From: Bdellovibrionales bacterium | GTDB lineage: Bacteria; Bdellovibrionota; Bdellovibrionia; Bdellovibrionales; UBA1609 | Direction of reading: 5' to 3' | DNA: 64,000 nt | NCBI GenBank assembly: GCA_965205945.1 | Contig: CBDBIB010000003.1 | Span: forward strand, 640,394-704,393 | In this document: positions 61,115 to 64,000 of the stretch, piece after piece | Layout of the letters: each line of letters opens with the position of its first letter | How positions within the stretch are numbered: position 1 is the first letter of the stretch | Notes under the pieces: generated by a model | The model's input: only the letters and a program-made list of their open reading frames with translations | Database searches by the model: none | What the model was told of the DNA's origin: nothing | Made by a program: the position numbers and the translations under genes

Positions 61115-62218
61115 ATGGATAAAAAAGGTTTTCTGATTTTAGAAGAGGGTAGTGTTTTTAAAGGTGCTCATCTTAATGATTCCTTTGGTATTGGTGAAGT
61201 TGTATTTAACACATCCCACTCAGGTTATGAAGAGATGGCAACAGACCCAAGTTATTTTAAACAAATTCTTGTTACCACAGCACCAATGCAAGGAAACTAT
61301 GGTGTGTCAGATGATGTGTGGGAGTCTAATAAAATTAATATTAAGGGATTTTTATGCTTAGAAATGCAGAATTCAAAGATGGACTCTTCTTGGCTTAATA
61401 GGCTTTCAAAACATGGTGTTCCTGTGCTTTCAGAGGTAGATACAAGAAAACTTACGCTTTACTTAAGAGATAGAGGCTCTATTTGGGGTGGTATTTTTAG
61501 TACTAAAGATATTGAATTTGCAAAGAAGGCAATAGCATTAGAAAAAGAAAAATTTATAAATAAAGATTGGACGAAAATAGTTTCAATTAAAGAGGTTGAG
61601 CAGTTTAAAGGAGAGAGTTTAAAAGGGTTTCATTTAGGTCTTTTGGATTTTGGATATAAAAAAAATATTTTAAGAGAGCTTTTAAAAAGAACTTCAAAGA
61701 TCACAGTATTTCCATCAACAACAAGTGCTGTTGATATTATAGAATCAAAAGTAAAAGGCCTTTTGCTTTCTAACGGTCCTGGTAATCCGGATTTAGTTAA
61801 AGAGCCCGTTGTTCAGATTAAAAAACTATTGGGTAGAATTCCTATTATGGGGATTTGTATGGGTCATCAGCTTTTAGGAAGGGCCTTAGGTATTTCAACT
61901 TTTAAGCTTAAGTTTGGGCATAGAGGTGTGAATCATCCTATTCATGATTTAAATAAAGATTCTGTATATATGAGTGCTCAAAATCATGGCTATGCTTTGA
62001 AAAAAGAAGAGGTTTTAGGTGATGTTAAAGTGACGCACATAAATCTTAACGACAATACAGTTGCAGGAATTAAAGATTTATCTAAAAATTGTTTTTCAGT
62101 GCAGTTTCATCCAGAAAGTCACCCAGGACCACATGAGGCAGTATATTTATTTAATGATTTTATTGAGTTAATTAGTAAGCGTGTGATGAGTAGGTCTTTT
62201 TTAGTAAATGGGGTTTAA
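61115..62218 (+). CDS. carA: Carbamoyl-phosphate synthase small subunit
   Basis: GEVVFNT...GY.E..TDPSY, LSNGPGNP, GICMGHQ and QFHPE. Confidence 0.96.
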   Translation: MDKKGFLILEEGSVFKGAHLNDSFGIGEVVFNTSHSGYEEMATDPSYFKQILVTTAPMQGNYGVSDDVWESNKINIKGFLCLEMQNSKMDSSWLNRLSKHGVPVLSEVDTRKLTLYLRDRGSIWGGIFSTKDIEFAKKAIALEKEKFINKDWTKIVSIKEVEQFKGESLKGFHLGLLDFGYKKNILRELLKRTSKITVFPSTTSAVDIIESKVKGLLLSNGPGNPDLVKEPVVQIKKLLGRIPIMGICMGHQLLGRALGISTFKLKFGHRGVNHPIHDLNKDSVYMSAQNHGYALKKEEVLGDVKVTHINLNDNTVAGIKDLSKNCFSVQFHPESHPGPHEAVYLFNDFIELISKRVMSRSFLVNGV

Positions 62219-62219
62219 A

Positions 62220-62905
62220 ATGGGGTTTAGCTTTTTAAAATCAAAGGCTATAGTTATGAAAGACTCAGAGTATAATCTTGAACAAATTACAAATGAAGTT
62301 TTTTTATTTTTTCAAGAAATGTACCCTAAGGATGTTGAATTGGCTAGGGTTAACTTTGTTAAACTTACAGGGCAATTTGATGAAGAACATGAATATTTTG
62401 AATTAAAACTTGATGATTTTAGGAACTGGTTTTTATTTTTTTATGGGGATGCTCAATTTACTAATTTAAAAAAAATAAAAAAAGAAAAAAGATTTAGTAA
62501 ATATTATGATTATCTTTTGTCAGGAATATTTTCTATATTTTTAGTTCAAAATATTAAAGGTGAAGAAGTTACGCTTAAAGATATAGCTAGCAATATTATT
62601 TATAAGGTAAAAAATGCAGCTGTAGCTTTAAGTATGGAGCAAGGAAGCTGTATACAAACTTCTTTGTATTATCAAAGTGGTGGATTATATGAATTTGGTT
62701 TAAGTATATTGGTTCACCCTATTAGGAGTTTAAAATATATTAAAAAAAAGTTAAAGAAGTAAAAAAAGGAAAAGGCATTTTAAAAGAAGATCTTTTTAAA
62801 AAACTTATTGGGATGAGATATCAACTTTTTAAGTATAAGCATCTAAAGGTTAAAGAAATTTATTCAGATAAATCATTGTTATTTAAGAAAATGAGTGAAT
62901 CATAA
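62220..62905 (+). CDS. Hypothetical protein between carA and carB; needs a -1 frameshift at 62744-62750 to be full length
   Basis: The 0-frame ORF stops at 62762; the -1 frame continues VKEVKKGKGILKEDLFKKLIGMRYQLFKYKHLKVKEIYSDKSLLFKKMSES* to 62905. Confidence 0.6.
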
Positions 62906-62927
62906 ATAAAAAAATATAGGGAGTCTT

Positions 62928-64000
62928 ATGTTAGATCCAAAAAGAGAGAAAATCTTAATTTTGGGTAGTGGCCCAATTAAGATTGGGCAGGCTTGTGAGT
63001 TTGATTACTCAGGTACACAAGCGTGTAAAGCATTAAAAGACCGTGGTTATAAAGTTGTTTTGGTCAATTCAAATCCAGCAACGATTATGACAGATCCTGA
63101 GATTGCAGATAGAATTTATATTGAACCATTAACACTAGAGTATGTTAAAGAGATTATTAAAAAAGAAAAACCTACAAAAATAATTCCTACACTCGGAGGG
63201 CAGACAGCATTAAACCTTGCCTTAGAGTTAAATACTAAAGGAATACTTGAAAAATATAATATTCAGCTTTTAGGTGCTAACCCTGAAGTGATTAATAAAG
63301 CTGAAGATAGAGAGCTTTTTAATGGAGTTCTTGATGAGGTTGGAGCTTCTTATGCTAAAAGTTTTATGGCAAGAACCTTTGAAGAGGGTTTAAAGGATAT
63401 TAAAAATTTAGAGTTTCCAGTGATTCTAAGGCCGAATTTCACACTTGGAGGAGGAGGAGGAGGAGTCTGTTATTCTTTAGAGGAATACAGGCAAAATCTT
63501 ACAAAAGGCTTACATGAGAGCCCCACATCAGAAGTTTTAGTGGAGCAAAGTCTTTTAGGGTGGAAAGAGTTTGAGCTAGAGGTTATGAGAGATCATAAAG
63601 GGACCTTTGTAATTATATGTTCAATTGAAAACATTGACCCTTGTGGCGTTCATACTGGAGACAGCATTACTGTTACCCCACAACAAACTTTATCTGATGG
63701 TGAGTATCAGCAGATGCGTGATGAAACCTATAGAATTGTTGAAGCTGTAGGGGTTGAAACAGGCGGAGCTAACGTTCAGTTTGCGGTAAACCCTAAAAAT
63801 GGCCATAGAGTTGTAATTGAAATGAATCCTCGTGTGAGTAGATCATCTGCTTTAGCTAGTAAAGCAACGGGATTTCCCATCGCTAAAATTGCAGCTCTTG
63901 TGGCTGTTGGAGAAACATTAAAGAACTTAACAAATGATATCACCCAAACAACGCCTTCTTGTTATGAGCCGGCACTAGATTATGTTGTTACTAAAATTCC
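62928..64000 (+). CDS. carB: Carbamoyl-phosphate synthase large subunit (N-terminal part, runs off the window)
   Basis: Manual translation: [36 protein letters not shown]...[10 protein letters not shown]...[12 protein letters not shown]...[23 protein letters not shown]. Confidence 0.97.
   Translation, partial: MLDPKREKILILGSGPIKIGQACEFDYSGTQACKALKDRGYKVVLVNSNPATIMTDPEIADRIYIEPLTLEYVKEIIKKEKPTKIIPTLGGQTALNLALELNTKGILEKYNIQLLGANPEVINKAEDRELFNGVLDEVGASYAKSFMARTFEEGLKDIKNLEFPVILRPNFTLGGGGGGVCYSLEEYRQNLTKGLHESPTSEVLVEQSLLGWKEFELEVMRDHKGTFVIICSIENIDPCGVHTGDSITVTPQQTLSDGEYQQMRDETYRIVEAVGVETGGANVQFAVNPKNGHRVVIEMNPRVSRSSALASKATGFPIAKIAALVAVGETLKNLTNDITQTTPSCYEPALDYVVTKI

Overview
Low-GC bacterial chromosomal segment, most likely from a Bdellovibrionota member. 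This is inferred from a Bdellovibrio/Myxococcus-type pilA plus pilG-like gene next to dnaJ-dnaK, a TadG-like gene with Cys/Gly-rich secreted neighbours, and MaeB. Most of the window is housekeeping: leucine catabolism (liuA/B/C-like), pepN, htpX, clpAS, dnaJK, ftsY-zapA-5-FTHF cyclo-ligase-rny-tyrS, galU, iscA, alaS, pgpA-cinA-recA, fadIJ, maeB and pyrB-carA-carB. The best candidate for an undescribed system is a tightly coupled operon at about 34.98-39.79 kb. It encodes a ureohydrolase, an ATP-grasp ligase fused to a mammalian-type cysteine dioxygenase domain, an animal GAD/CSAD-type PLP decarboxylase and an M14 zinc peptidase. This suggests hypotaurine/taurine synthesis coupled to amide ligation. 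A eukaryote-type SAM decarboxylase and spermidine synthase lie just upstream. Other notable signals are an in-phase A_AAA_AAG -1 frameshift that completes the gene between carA and carB, a shared sigma28-like promoter ahead of two pilus-related loci, many apparently leaderless genes, no room for 6S RNA at its usual site, one IS5-family element with intact ends and several IS remnants. All calls are by-eye motif recognition; no database searches were run.
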